Shown: piece after piece, positions 1 to 10,322 of the stretch
Position numbering within the stretch: the first letter of the stretch is position 1
Layout: each line of letters starts with the position of its first letter
Source of the DNA: an uncultured archaeon
GTDB lineage: Archaea > Asgardarchaeota > Lokiarchaeia > Sigyniarchaeales > SOKP01
Reading direction: 5' to 3'
NCBI GenBank assembly: GCA_964632315.1
Contig: CAZWEM010000009.1
Coordinates: 49,081-113,080 of the forward strand
Length of the DNA: 64,000 nucleotides
Program-made: the position numbers and the translations under genes
The notes under the pieces: model-generated
The model's input: only the letters and a program-made list of their open reading frames with translations
The model's database searches: none
Told to the model about the DNA's origin: nothing

Positions 1-1916
1 GTAGTTGCAGGTTTTAACTTACCTATCACGAAGTCTAACCCTAACCTCTTCAATGTGTCATCAGTTGGAATGCCAGTCTCCTTATCCCAGCCTCTTGCTT
101 CATAATAACCACTCAATAACGTCTGAAAACCATCTTCTTTGAGAGTGACTCCCTTGGCTGGACCTTTTGTATGTGCATCCTTAAAGAATTTCTCGGGTGG
201 ATGATCATCTGCTCTTGTCCATCCTTCACGAATGTTGAAACACTTAGAGAGATTAACAATCGCTTCACCTCTGGTTAAAATGGATTCATCTGTTACTGGA
301 ATTCCAGTGACTAATTCATATACTTTTGCCATTTCCGCATCATTTTCATAAATTCCACGAGTAAATTTACAGACAATATAGGAATCAATTATGGCATACA
401 CGTCTTCAAGCTCTTTGATTGCCTTCCCGCGCTCCAATGGCTTGTCATAACCGAATCTGTCGAATTTTCCCTTAGCATCCAAACCATATGCACCATTTCT
501 TAAGTGACAAGCCCCACGAATAGATACACTTTCTCCAACTGCAAATGATGACATGCCATGAAGATCAAAAGCTGGCATTTCTAAACCTTTGATATGCATT
601 CCATAATAACTTGCATTTTTTTTACCCATTTCTTCTAGCCGTAATCCAGCCTGTTTACATCCATCACCAAACACCTCACCGGCAAATCCTTTCCCTAAGA
701 TCATCTCTTCTGTAAAACGAACAAGATTAGTCGTGCTTCCAAATGGAAGTTCATATCCTAAGTCTTTCTTGGTGATTAGCCCCTCTTCGTAGAGCTCACA
801 TGCCATTGAGGCCGTAACGCCACCACTAATGGCATCTATGCCCAAATCATCGCAAAGTGCGACGCATTTGAACACTGTAGGCCAATCCTTACAGCCAGTA
901 TTAGATCCAAATGAATAACACATTTCGACATCGATTGATGCGTATAGGTTTGGATATTCAGGATGCGTTTTTGGTACTTTAGCGATATGATCACATGCGA
1001 TTGAACATTGAGAACATGCAACTTTTTTCACGATCCAATCTTGATTTAATGTATCGCCTGTAAATGCACCATTGTCAATTTCTTCCCATGTACCTTCTCT
1101 ATAATTCATCGTTGGGAACATTCCAAGCTTATTATAGCTTGTTATACCCGCAGGAGTACCAAGATCCCGATATTTAGCTGTGGCAGGTCCATTTGCCACT
1201 TTTATCAGTTTTTTGGCGATTTTATAAAATTCAGCAGGCTGAGCGACTTTAACACCCTTGGTTCCTCGAAAACAGACAGCTTTTAAATTCTTAGAGCCCA
1301 TAACGGCTCCCATTCCCGTTCTTCCAGCTTGCCTATTTCGATCGTTGGTGATACAACCCATTCGACTCATTTTTTCACCAGCAGGGCCTATTGACATGAC
1401 AGCTAAACGATGATCTTGAAATTCTTCTCTTAAAAGTTCTTCAGTTTCCCAGGTTCCTTTTCCCCAAACCGTTTTTTCACACGGTACCAAATAATAGTCA
1501 TCGTCATCTATGACCATATAGACTGGTTCTTCAGCCCTACCTTTAAAAACAACGGTATTGATTCCAGCGCGCCGGGCTTGAGCTCCAACGGAACCAGATG
1601 AAATTGCCATCCCAAACATTCCAGTTAGTGGAGATTTAGCAAATACACCATATTTTGAACTCGTTGGAAGTATTGTTGTTGGGAATGGACCATGAGCATA
1701 AACAAACACGTTGTCAGGACTTAATGGATCAATACCTGGCTTCAGTTCATCCCAAAGGAGTTTTGCTCCAAAGCCATAACCACCGATCCAGTCACGCATG
1801 AACTCTTTGGATAACGTAGTCTTGTTGATTTTCCCGTTTGTTAAATCAACATCAAGTCGAACTTGACTATACCCTTTTACTTGATCGGGTACGGGAATTT
1901 CTTTAGCCTTACTCAT
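1..1916 (-). CDS. aor: Aldehyde:ferredoxin oxidoreductase family (W-pterin) protein, 3' end runs off the window
   Basis: Not in the ORF track. Manual translation from ATG at 1916 gives MSKAKEIPVPDQVKGYSQVRLDVDLTNG...WIGGYGFGAKLLWDELKPGIDPLSPDN...KSPLTG...GRTGMGAVMGSKNLKAV...CSQCSIAC...LCDDLGIDAISGG, all AOR-family motifs. No stop was seen near the window edge. Confidence 0.9.
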   Translation of the reverse strand, partial: MSKAKEIPVPDQVKGYSQVRLDVDLTNGKINKTTLSKEFMRDWIGGYGFGAKLLWDELKPGIDPLSPDNVFVYAHGPFPTTILPTSSKYGVFAKSPLTGMFGMAISSGSVGAQARRAGINTVVFKGRAEEPVYMVIDDDDYYLVPCEKTVWGKGTWETEELLREEFQDHRLAVMSIGPAGEKMSRMGCITNDRNRQAGRTGMGAVMGSKNLKAVCFRGTKGVKVAQPAEFYKIAKKLIKVANGPATAKYRDLGTPAGITSYNKLGMFPTMNYREGTWEEIDNGAFTGDTLNQDWIVKKVACSQCSIACDHIAKVPKTHPEYPNLYASIDVEMCYSFGSNTGCKDWPTVFKCVALCDDLGIDAISGGVTASMACELYEEGLITKKDLGYELPFGSTTNLVRFTEEMILGKGFAGEVFGDGCKQAGLRLEEMGKKNASYYGMHIKGLEMPAFDLHGMSSFAVGESVSIRGACHLRNGAYGLDAKGKFDRFGYDKPLERGKAIKELEDVYAIIDSYIVCKFTRGIYENDAEMAKVYELVTGIPVTDESILTRGEAIVNLSKCFNIREGWTRADDHPPEKFFKDAHTKGPAKGVTLKEDGFQTLLSGYYEARGWDKETGIPTDDTLKRLGLDFVIGKLKPAT

Positions 1917-2437
1917 ATTTCTTCACGTATATCTGTTCAATATTTTTGATTTTTTTTAATTAAACAATTTATTATTATTAATTACTATTTATTAGCTTAC
2001 CTCTTATATTGAGCAATAAGAGAGTTTTAATCTTCAACTAATAAATTAATTAAAACTCACTTTAGTTGAAAGATATTTTAACTTGGTTTTTATTCTATTT
2101 AAACTATTGATAATCGGATAATATGAAAGCTGATAAACAATTAAATTTTAGTGACAGTTATTAAACATGGGTTTAAAGAACCTAAATTATTCTTAGTGTT
2201 GGCTCAAATGCCATTCTTAAAGCAACTTTTATTTTACTGATAAATAAATACCTTCATGTTTTATATCTCTTAAATCTACAAAGAGAAATTTTAACCTTTA
2301 AAAACGTGATCAAGTTCTGAAAAAATGATTGAAAATGTTAAAGGGAAAAAGAAAAACTCCTTTTTTACTATAATCATACTATATAAAAATTTTGTATCTC
2401 TATATTTATCAACAATAAACACTTAATTTGATTTATA

Positions 2438-5167
2438 ATGACTGAATCTGGAGAAATCGCAGATCAAAAAAAGGCTAAGAAAAAGATTTCAACTGAATTG
2501 TTTAGAGATGTAATTAATTCTGTGAATTATTGTTATAGTTGTAATCGATGTAACACTTCTTGTCCTGTTTCATTTTTAGGTACATTTTTTCCAAGAAATC
2601 TAATAACTGATATAAGTTTCTCATCAGTTGAAGAAGCACTAGAGAAAAATAATATTTGGAATTGCTTGACTTGTGGACAATGTGTTGAGTATTGTCCAAT
2701 GTCAAAAGAAGGAACAGGTGTAAATTTTCTTGATCTCATTTTAAACCTTAGAAGTCTCGTTTCTACTTATGAACCCTTGCAACAAGAAATGAAAAGTTGT
2801 CAGCATGATAGAGAATATACCAATATTGCCCAAATGATGGCGAATGATGAAATTGAAGTTAATGATAGGCTTGGATTTCTTAGTAGCACTAATCTAAAAA
2901 TAACAGAAAAAGGTGAGATTGGATACTTCATGGGTTGTACTCCTTATATGACCTCTATTCCTCCTTGTACAGATGCCTGTCCAGCCGGAGTTGATGTTCA
3001 GGGATATGTTGCTTTGATAAAGGAAGGTAAATTTCAAGAAGCTTTAGATTTGATAAGAGAACGAAATCCTTTACCAATCGTATGTGGTAGAGTATGTACC
3101 CATCCCTGTGAAGAAAATTGTAATCGGGAAGAGATCGACAATCCTATTGCAATACGTGCCCTTAAAAGATTCGTCTCAGATTGGGAAATCCAAAATAAAG
3201 GACATTCAAGATTTAAATCTGTTGATCAGAAAAAGGAGAAGGTTGCTATTATTGGTGCAGGACCTGCAGGTTTGTCAGCAGCATTTTATCTGGCATTAAA
3301 AGGCTATAGACCAACAATATTTGAAGAATCGGCTTTTAAAGGAGGTAAATTAAGAAGTGGGATTCCTGAATATCGCTTACCTCAAGAAGTTTTGGATTAT
3401 GAAATTGAGTTTATTGAAAAAATGGGAGTGGAAATAAGGACTAATACACCAATTGGTCCGAACCTGACTTTTAGTGATCTTAAAAAACAAGGTTATAAAG
3501 CGATTTTTATAGGAGTTGGATTAGGTGAAAGTCGTGGTATGGGAATAGAAGGAGAAGATTTAGATGATGTTATTCATGGTTTACAATTTTTAGAAGATGT
3601 AAATATTAATAACAAATCTTACGATTTTAAAGGCAAGGTTATCGGCGTTGTAGGTGGAGGAAATGTAGCCATTGACTCCGCCCGCACTGCTTTAAGATTA
3701 GGTGCTAAAAAAGTAATGGTAATTTACAGGAGATCTGAAAATGAAATGCCTGCTTTAAACGAGGAAGTTGAAGATGCTAAACGTGAAGGCATTGAATTCC
3801 AATTTTTAACTAATCCAATTCATTTGATTAGTGGAGAATCGGGTAGTTGTGAGGAAGCAGAATGCATTCAAATGGAATTAGGTGAACCTGACGCTTCGGG
3901 GAGAAGAAGACCTGTTGAAATCGAAGGTTCTCAATTCAAAATTAAAATAGATGCAATTATCCTCGCAATCGGTCAAATTGCCAATTTTAAACTTATCAAA
4001 GCTGCAGAAGATGAATTAGAGATTGATAAGCGGGGGCATATAAAATATGATAAACAAACTTTAGAAACTAATATTCCAGGAGTCTTTGCTGGAGGAGATA
4101 TATTGGCGCAAAAAGGAATTGCTATCAATGCCATCGCTAATGGATATGAAGTAGCAATATCAATTGATCGATACTTAAGAGGTCAAGATCTAAGAAAAGA
4201 TAGAGTTAATAGAGCTGATTTTAAAATATCCCCAATTCCGAAAAAGAGAATTAATGAAAAAGCGAGAAATAACATGCAAGAATTAAGCATTGAAAAAAGA
4301 GTCAGCTCTTTTGATGAGGTAGAGCAAGGATTAACTGAAGCAATTGCAATCACAGAAGCAAATCGCTGTTTAAACTGTGCAAGTTGCAACAATATCGATC
4401 AGCGTATTAACGATCCCACAGGAAAAGTAAACTACGGTAAAAATCCCACTGTCCCTCTTTATAAAACTCTTGATTATTTAGAAATTCCAAAAACCGTTAT
4501 TGGACTACTCAACCATAAAGAAATAACTCCAGTAGTTTTAAGAGAAGAGAAATGTTGTGGACATGACAGTTTGTGGAAAGGAGATGTAGAAACTTTCGAG
4601 AAGTTAGCAAAACATAATGTAAGAATCTATAAAGAAGCGGGGGTTAAAACCTTAGTTTTTAGTTGCGCGGAAGGATACTATACTTGGAAATATAAATATC
4701 CAGAGCTATTTGAAGATGATTCAGAATTTGATTTTGATATATATCATATTTCAGAATACATTTTAAAAGAAAATTTACTGGATGGTTTAAAATTTCCAGT
4801 TACAAATAAATTAAAAGTAACTTATCATGATGCGTGCCGTTTAGGAAGATTTAGTAAAATTTACGACCAACCAAGAGAAGTAATACAGTCCATACCATTC
4901 GTTCAGCTAATCGAAATGGAGAATATCAGAGAAGATGCCTTATGTTGTGGAGTAAATGCCTATATAAGTTGTAATGAATATTCGAAAACGCTTCAAAGAG
5001 ATAGGATTCTAGAAGCAATAGAAACTGGAGCTGACTACTTAATAGTGAGTTGCCCAAAATGTTTAACTCACTTTAATTGTTACCTAGATGAGCACCCTGA
5101 ATTAAAAGAAAAAATTAAAGTTATTGATCTTACTACTTTTCTAGGAAAATTACTCTTTCTTAATTAA
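2438..5167 (+). CDS. Fusion oxidoreductase: HdrC-like 2x[4Fe-4S] + CCG-domain (HdrD/GlpC-like) protein with an inserted GltD/NfnB-like FAD/NAD(P) module
   Basis: N-terminal CYSCNRCNTSCP and WNCLTCGQCVEYCP. Central PPCTDACPAG..CGRVCTHPCEENC, IIGAGPAG, VVGGGNVAIDSAR, VFAGGD. C-terminal EKCCGH, VTYHDACRLGR, LCCG, SCPKC. Confidence 0.88.
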   Translation: MTESGEIADQKKAKKKISTELFRDVINSVNYCYSCNRCNTSCPVSFLGTFFPRNLITDISFSSVEEALEKNNIWNCLTCGQCVEYCPMSKEGTGVNFLDLILNLRSLVSTYEPLQQEMKSCQHDREYTNIAQMMANDEIEVNDRLGFLSSTNLKITEKGEIGYFMGCTPYMTSIPPCTDACPAGVDVQGYVALIKEGKFQEALDLIRERNPLPIVCGRVCTHPCEENCNREEIDNPIAIRALKRFVSDWEIQNKGHSRFKSVDQKKEKVAIIGAGPAGLSAAFYLALKGYRPTIFEESAFKGGKLRSGIPEYRLPQEVLDYEIEFIEKMGVEIRTNTPIGPNLTFSDLKKQGYKAIFIGVGLGESRGMGIEGEDLDDVIHGLQFLEDVNINNKSYDFKGKVIGVVGGGNVAIDSARTALRLGAKKVMVIYRRSENEMPALNEEVEDAKREGIEFQFLTNPIHLISGESGSCEEAECIQMELGEPDASGRRRPVEIEGSQFKIKIDAIILAIGQIANFKLIKAAEDELEIDKRGHIKYDKQTLETNIPGVFAGGDILAQKGIAINAIANGYEVAISIDRYLRGQDLRKDRVNRADFKISPIPKKRINEKARNNMQELSIEKRVSSFDEVEQGLTEAIAITEANRCLNCASCNNIDQRINDPTGKVNYGKNPTVPLYKTLDYLEIPKTVIGLLNHKEITPVVLREEKCCGHDSLWKGDVETFEKLAKHNVRIYKEAGVKTLVFSCAEGYYTWKYKYPELFEDDSEFDFDIYHISEYILKENLLDGLKFPVTNKLKVTYHDACRLGRFSKIYDQPREVIQSIPFVQLIEMENIREDALCCGVNAYISCNEYSKTLQRDRILEAIETGADYLIVSCPKCLTHFNCYLDEHPELKEKIKVIDLTTFLGKLLFLN

Positions 5168-5316
5168 AGGTTTTATAAATTTCTTGATTAAAAAAATTAT
5201 TTTCTTTTTACAATGCTTTACATTTTTATAATAATCAATTTAAAAATAAGTGCTTAATTTAGATTGCTTGGATATAAACATTTTAATAACAATAATTAAA
5301 ATCACGTTGTTCAAGA

Positions 5317-6201
5317 ATGGCATATAAGATATTAGAGAAAAAAGAACTTGGTAGAAGTGGCATATTAATTGAAATGGTTCTACATACTCCACTGATAGCT
5401 CGAAAAGCACGTGCTGGAAATTTTATCTTATTAAGAATAAATGAAACTGGAGAAAGGTTCCCATTAACTATAGCAGATTATGATAGAATTAAAGGAACGA
5501 TAACCATTGTGTTCCAAGTTGTGGGGAAAAGTACAAAACTTTTATCAAACCAAAACATTGGAGATGAAATCCTTGATGTGGTTGGTCCTTTAGGGAATCC
5601 AATACACATTCAGAAATATGACTATCCCGTAGTTCTTATTGGGGGTGGTGTAGGAATCGCACCTATATATCCTCAAGCCAAAGAATTGAAAGAAGCAGGA
5701 AACACAATAATTTCGATTATGGGCGCTAGAAATACAGATTTATTGTTCTGGCGTGACAAAATGCGAAGCGTGAGTGATCAGTTAATCATATGCACCGATG
5801 ATGGAACTGAAGGCATTAAAGGAGTGGTGACTGAGCCATTAAAAGAAATTATCATACATCAGAAAATAAGTATAGTGATTGCTATCGGACCATTAATAAT
5901 GATGAAATATGTGTCCCTTACCACGGATGGGAAAGGAGATTTACCCAAGGTCAAAACTTATGCATCCTTAAACACTATCATGATTGATGGAACTGGAATG
6001 TGTGGAGGGTGTAGGTTTACCACATTAGATGGTGATGTTTATTATGCGTGTGTAGATGGTCCAGATGTTGATGCTCATGCGGTTGATTTCGATAACTTGT
6101 TAAATCGATCAAGAAGATTCATTGATCTTGAAAAAGAATCCTTGGAGAAATATGATCACGAATGTAAAGCAATGAATAAATTTAAGAGCGAGGTTCAATA
6201 A
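5317..6201 (+). CDS. nfnA: NfnA/SudB-type small subunit (FAD/NAD-binding, [2Fe-2S]) of ferredoxin-dependent transhydrogenase
   Basis: GERFPLTIAD, DVVGPLG, IGGGVGIAP, TDDGT, and IMIDGTGMCGGCR...ACVDGP (Asp/Cys-ligated 2Fe-2S motif). Directly upstream of an NfnB-containing gene (1-nt gap). Confidence 0.88.
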   Translation: MAYKILEKKELGRSGILIEMVLHTPLIARKARAGNFILLRINETGERFPLTIADYDRIKGTITIVFQVVGKSTKLLSNQNIGDEILDVVGPLGNPIHIQKYDYPVVLIGGGVGIAPIYPQAKELKEAGNTIISIMGARNTDLLFWRDKMRSVSDQLIICTDDGTEGIKGVVTEPLKEIIIHQKISIVIAIGPLIMMKYVSLTTDGKGDLPKVKTYASLNTIMIDGTGMCGGCRFTTLDGDVYYACVDGPDVDAHAVDFDNLLNRSRRFIDLEKESLEKYDHECKAMNKFKSEVQ

Positions 6202-6202
6202 G

Positions 6203-8920
6203 ATGGAAATTCAATCCCCTTTAATTAACGTACTAAAAGAAAATGAAAACAAAATCTTAGAGAGAGGAAAATATAATAAAAGTCAGTACGATTTTTTAAT
6301 TCATTCCTTAACTGAGGCAGAAAAGACGAGAATTCTAATACTCGAGAAAATCAAGGAATTAGGAAAGATTGATTATGATAAAATCCAAGCGGATTTAGGA
6401 TTATCAAGTGATATATTAAATATTAGCATCGATTATCTCAGGGAATTAGGATTATTAGCATTTCTTGGTGAACATCCTAGATTCTTCAAAGAAATAATCG
6501 AAAACTCAGACCATCCAGGATTATTTCCAAGTACTAAATTGATAAAAGATAAAAATCTGTGTTGTGGCTGTGGATTATGCGTAGCTATCTGTCCTGTTAA
6601 TGCCATAGATTATTTGGAAGGCACATTTGAAATTGATGAAGAGGTGTGTATGAATTGTGGATTGTGTTTTTCGGCTTGTCCAAGATCTTTTTTTCCAAGC
6701 CAATTAAACAAATTAAATGATGAGGATGTTGAAATCCAATTCACAGATGAATTAAAATATTATCGTCAACTCTGTACAGCCCAAACTACGGAAGATAGGA
6801 TAAGAAATGTTGCCCAAGATGGTGGAATAGTAACAACCATGCTTAAAACTGCATTTAAAGAAGGGTATATTGATGGTACTTTTGCTGTTACCTTAGGAGA
6901 TCAACCATTAAAACCCTTGCCAGTTTTTGTTGAAAATGAGGAAGAACTGCTAAAAACAGCTGGAACAAAATACACCAACGTCCCTTTACTCAAGATATTT
7001 TATGATGCTAAAGATCACAAGCGAATTGCCGTTGTAGGAACACCTTGCATAATGAAAGCTTTAAAAAAGATTTCAATGCTCCCTCTTAATAGGCCTTTCT
7101 TCGATAATATTGCCCTTAAAATCGGTGTTTTTTGCATGGAAAGTTTTGATTATGATAAAATCGTGGAACTATTAAAAAATGAGTTTCACGTTTATCCTTC
7201 AGATATCAAGAAGATGGATATCAATAAAGGTTCATTTATAATTTATGATCAAGAAAGTAATATTTCAAAAATTCCGATTAAAAGAATTAAAAAGTATGGA
7301 AGATTTGGATGCTTTTTCTGTGATGATTTGACTGCAGAACATGCGGATATTTCTGTAGGATCGATAGGCTCAGAACCGGGATGGTCAACTGTCATTATTC
7401 GTACCAAGAAAGGTGCAGATTTTTGTCAGAAAGCTTTTGATATGAATTTGATTAGGAAACAAGAAATTCGAGCAGGTGATAAGAATTTTAAGAGTTTAAG
7501 TAGAATTTCCAAATCTAAACACAAGAGATACATCGAACAACAGAGAGTAAAAATGATTGAACAAGAACCGAGTGAAAGAATCACTAATTTTGAAGAAGTA
7601 CCCCATGGATTAAGTGATGAGATGATGAAACAAGAAGCTCAGAGATGTTTACAATGCGGTTTGCCATTGTGTGTTACTGGATGTCCAGTAAACATTAGAA
7701 TTCCTGAATTTATAAAACTTTTAAGGGAAGGAAAGCAAATTGAAGCACTTTACAAAATAAAATCTAGTAACCTATTACCTGCTATATGTGGGCGAGTATG
7801 TCCACAAGAAGTACAATGCGAAAACTCGTGTTTGCTTGGATCCCTTGGAGAACCAATCGCAATTGGGTATTTAGAACGATATATCGCAGATTGGGAACGT
7901 AAAAACCAATTAAAGGAATGTCCAGAATGTAAACCTCCCAACGGAATTAAAGTTGCAGTGATAGGATCCGGACCTGCTGGATTATCATGTGCAGGAGAAT
8001 TAGCAATGAGAGGTTATGACGTGACAATATTCGAAGCTTTTCATGCCGGTGGAGGAGTTTTATCATATGGAATCCCTGAATTTCGTTTACCGAAAGAGAT
8101 CGTAAAAGAAGAAATTGAAACCCTTAAGATGCTTGATGTAAAAGTAAACTATAATGCAATCATTGGGAAGACATTAACGATTGAGGATCTCAATGAAATG
8201 GGATTTAAAGCTTATTTTATCGGTGTTGGTGCAGGTCTTCCCGCATTTTTAAATATATCCGGGTTAAATCTAAATGGAGTTTTATCAGCCAATGAATTTT
8301 TAACACGATCCAATCTTATGAAAGCATATAGATTTCCCGAATATGATACCCCTATCAAAATTGGAAAAATCGTAACAGTAATCGGTGGAGGAAATGTAGC
8401 TTTAGATTCTGCAAGAACTGCTTTAAGATTAGGTGCTGAAAAAGCTGTAATTGTATATAGAAGATCTGAAGCAGAAATGCCTGCCAGAAGAGAAGAATAT
8501 CATCATGCTGTCGAGGAGGGAGTAGAATTTCAATTTTTAACTAATCCCGTGAGATTTGTTGGAGATGAAAATGGGAACGTGACGAAAATGGAAGTGGTGA
8601 AAATGAGATTAGGAGAACCGGATGATTCAGGGCGTAGACGTCCAATTGCGATTGAAAATTCAGAATACTTCATAAAGACAGACACAATAATAGTCGCAGT
8701 AGGAACAAAAGCAAATCCTGTTCTAACTAAATCGATTCCTGAATTAAATGTGAATAAGTGGGGTTACATCCAAACTAATGAAGATGGGCAGACAAATATC
8801 GAAAATATCTTCGCTGGAGGAGATATTGTCACGGGAAGTGCCACGGTAATATCAGCTATGGGTGCTGGAAAGAAAGCAGCTAAAGCAATAGATGAATATT
8901 TACAAAAAAAAATTAACTGA
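6203..8920 (+). CDS. Fusion: helical/wHTH-like N-terminus + 2x[4Fe-4S] + FrhB/FdhB (F420-binding) domain + NfnB/SudA (GltD-like) large subunit
   Basis: CCGCGLCVAICP and CMNCGLCFSACPR. FrhB motifs AQDGGIVT, GTKYT, VVGTPC, IGVFCMESF, GCFFCDDLTAEHADISVGSIG..GWSTVIIRT. NfnB motifs EAQRCLQC..CVTGCPV, CGRVCPQEVQCE, GSGPAG, EFLTRSNLMKAY, GGDIVTGSATVISAMGAG. Confidence 0.9.
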   Translation: MEIQSPLINVLKENENKILERGKYNKSQYDFLIHSLTEAEKTRILILEKIKELGKIDYDKIQADLGLSSDILNISIDYLRELGLLAFLGEHPRFFKEIIENSDHPGLFPSTKLIKDKNLCCGCGLCVAICPVNAIDYLEGTFEIDEEVCMNCGLCFSACPRSFFPSQLNKLNDEDVEIQFTDELKYYRQLCTAQTTEDRIRNVAQDGGIVTTMLKTAFKEGYIDGTFAVTLGDQPLKPLPVFVENEEELLKTAGTKYTNVPLLKIFYDAKDHKRIAVVGTPCIMKALKKISMLPLNRPFFDNIALKIGVFCMESFDYDKIVELLKNEFHVYPSDIKKMDINKGSFIIYDQESNISKIPIKRIKKYGRFGCFFCDDLTAEHADISVGSIGSEPGWSTVIIRTKKGADFCQKAFDMNLIRKQEIRAGDKNFKSLSRISKSKHKRYIEQQRVKMIEQEPSERITNFEEVPHGLSDEMMKQEAQRCLQCGLPLCVTGCPVNIRIPEFIKLLREGKQIEALYKIKSSNLLPAICGRVCPQEVQCENSCLLGSLGEPIAIGYLERYIADWERKNQLKECPECKPPNGIKVAVIGSGPAGLSCAGELAMRGYDVTIFEAFHAGGGVLSYGIPEFRLPKEIVKEEIETLKMLDVKVNYNAIIGKTLTIEDLNEMGFKAYFIGVGAGLPAFLNISGLNLNGVLSANEFLTRSNLMKAYRFPEYDTPIKIGKIVTVIGGGNVALDSARTALRLGAEKAVIVYRRSEAEMPARREEYHHAVEEGVEFQFLTNPVRFVGDENGNVTKMEVVKMRLGEPDDSGRRRPIAIENSEYFIKTDTIIVAVGTKANPVLTKSIPELNVNKWGYIQTNEDGQTNIENIFAGGDIVTGSATVISAMGAGKKAAKAIDEYLQKKIN

Positions 8921-9034
8921 GAAAGGAATATAGAAGCATTCTTGTGAAATTTCTTTATTTTTTTAGAAAGAAGATTTATCAAAAATAAAGCCCTAACGTT
9001 ACTTGTAATAGTTAATCTTAATGAGAAGTCTCGA

Positions 9035-10156
9035 ATGAAAAAGCATAAACATACTCTTCAGGAAAAAATGGGACCATCACTCGGTACTTCGGTACGAAAT
9101 TGGAGTAAGATGGTGATTTCAAATCGTTCCTTTTCTTTAAGATATTTTCCTAGAATTTTCTTTGTAGATTTTCTTAGTTCTATTGGAATTCCTTTCAGGA
9201 TTTATGAAAGGTGGAGATACGATAAATTAATCGATAAAATTGAGATTAAAAAGGCCCCAATCTTCATATTGGGCCACTGGAGAAGTGGAACTACTCATCT
9301 GCATAATTTATTATGCCAAGATCCTCAATTTGGGTTCGTAACAATGTTAGAAGCAATGTTTCCCAATGCTTTCTTAGAAAATCCTTTATTCAAATTCTTT
9401 ATGCGTGTATTTCTGCCGAAAAAGAGACCCATGGATAACATGGAGATGGGACTTGAAAAAGCTCAAGAGGAAGAGATGGCACTTTCCAACTTATTTCCAT
9501 ATACTTTCTATAATGGTTTTTACTTCCCAAAAAAGCTCAGGGAATTTTATTTCAAATACATAAGATTTGAAAATCTTCCTAAAAAAATACAGGAAAAGTG
9601 GATAGATATCTATAATTACCTCCTGAGAAAGACTACTTGGAACATGCATGGTAAACAGTTAATCTTGAAAAATCCTGCAAATACGGGAAGAATAAAATTT
9701 CTTTTGAAATTGTTCCCAGATGCTAAATTCATACATATTTATAGGAATCCATTTGTCGTCTTTGCATCGACGAAGCGTTTTTATCAGAAAACAGTTGATG
9801 CATTTAAGTTGCAAAGAATTTCTGATGAAGAAATTGAAGGAGATATTCTCTGGATATATAAAAATATGATGAAAACTTATTTTAAAGAGAGAGAGTTGAT
9901 TCCAAAAGAAAATTTAATTGAAGTAAAGTTTGAAGATTTGGAAACACAACCTCTTGTCGAGTTAGAAAAAATATATAAAAATTTGAGAATTGACGGTTTT
10001 AATAAAGCTGTTCCATTATTTTGTTCTTATTTAGATAGTCAGCATAGCTATAAGAAAAATCTTTACAAATTTTCTCGAAGAATGATTGAAAAGGTAAAAT
10101 CATATTGGAGATTCACGATAGACAGATGGAAATATGATTCTCCTGAAAGCGATTAA
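9035..10156 (+). CDS. PAPS-dependent sulfotransferase family protein
   Basis: 5'-PSB loop PIFILGHWRSGTTHLHNLL, LKNP, FPDAKFIHIYRNP (3'-PB), and V-K-F-E-D-L motif. Confidence 0.85.
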   Translation: MKKHKHTLQEKMGPSLGTSVRNWSKMVISNRSFSLRYFPRIFFVDFLSSIGIPFRIYERWRYDKLIDKIEIKKAPIFILGHWRSGTTHLHNLLCQDPQFGFVTMLEAMFPNAFLENPLFKFFMRVFLPKKRPMDNMEMGLEKAQEEEMALSNLFPYTFYNGFYFPKKLREFYFKYIRFENLPKKIQEKWIDIYNYLLRKTTWNMHGKQLILKNPANTGRIKFLLKLFPDAKFIHIYRNPFVVFASTKRFYQKTVDAFKLQRISDEEIEGDILWIYKNMMKTYFKERELIPKENLIEVKFEDLETQPLVELEKIYKNLRIDGFNKAVPLFCSYLDSQHSYKKNLYKFSRRMIEKVKSYWRFTIDRWKYDSPESD

Positions 10157-10322
10157 GCTTTTTTCATTGAAAAAAAGTCAATAAAGACTAAATTTCTATT
10201 CTTCCCTACATAGGTACGTTTAATTTTTTCTATTATTTCCACTTTTGCAGCGCTTAGAGTTTAAAAAGACAAAACTTATACTTTTTACTTCATTTAGTAA
10301 AGATATAGAGAAAAATAGTCTT

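Noticed and set aside
2438-8920. Glutamate synthase (gltD) annotation
   Set aside because: There is no gltB large subunit nearby. The GltD-like modules are fused to Hdr or FrhB domains and sit next to nfnA.
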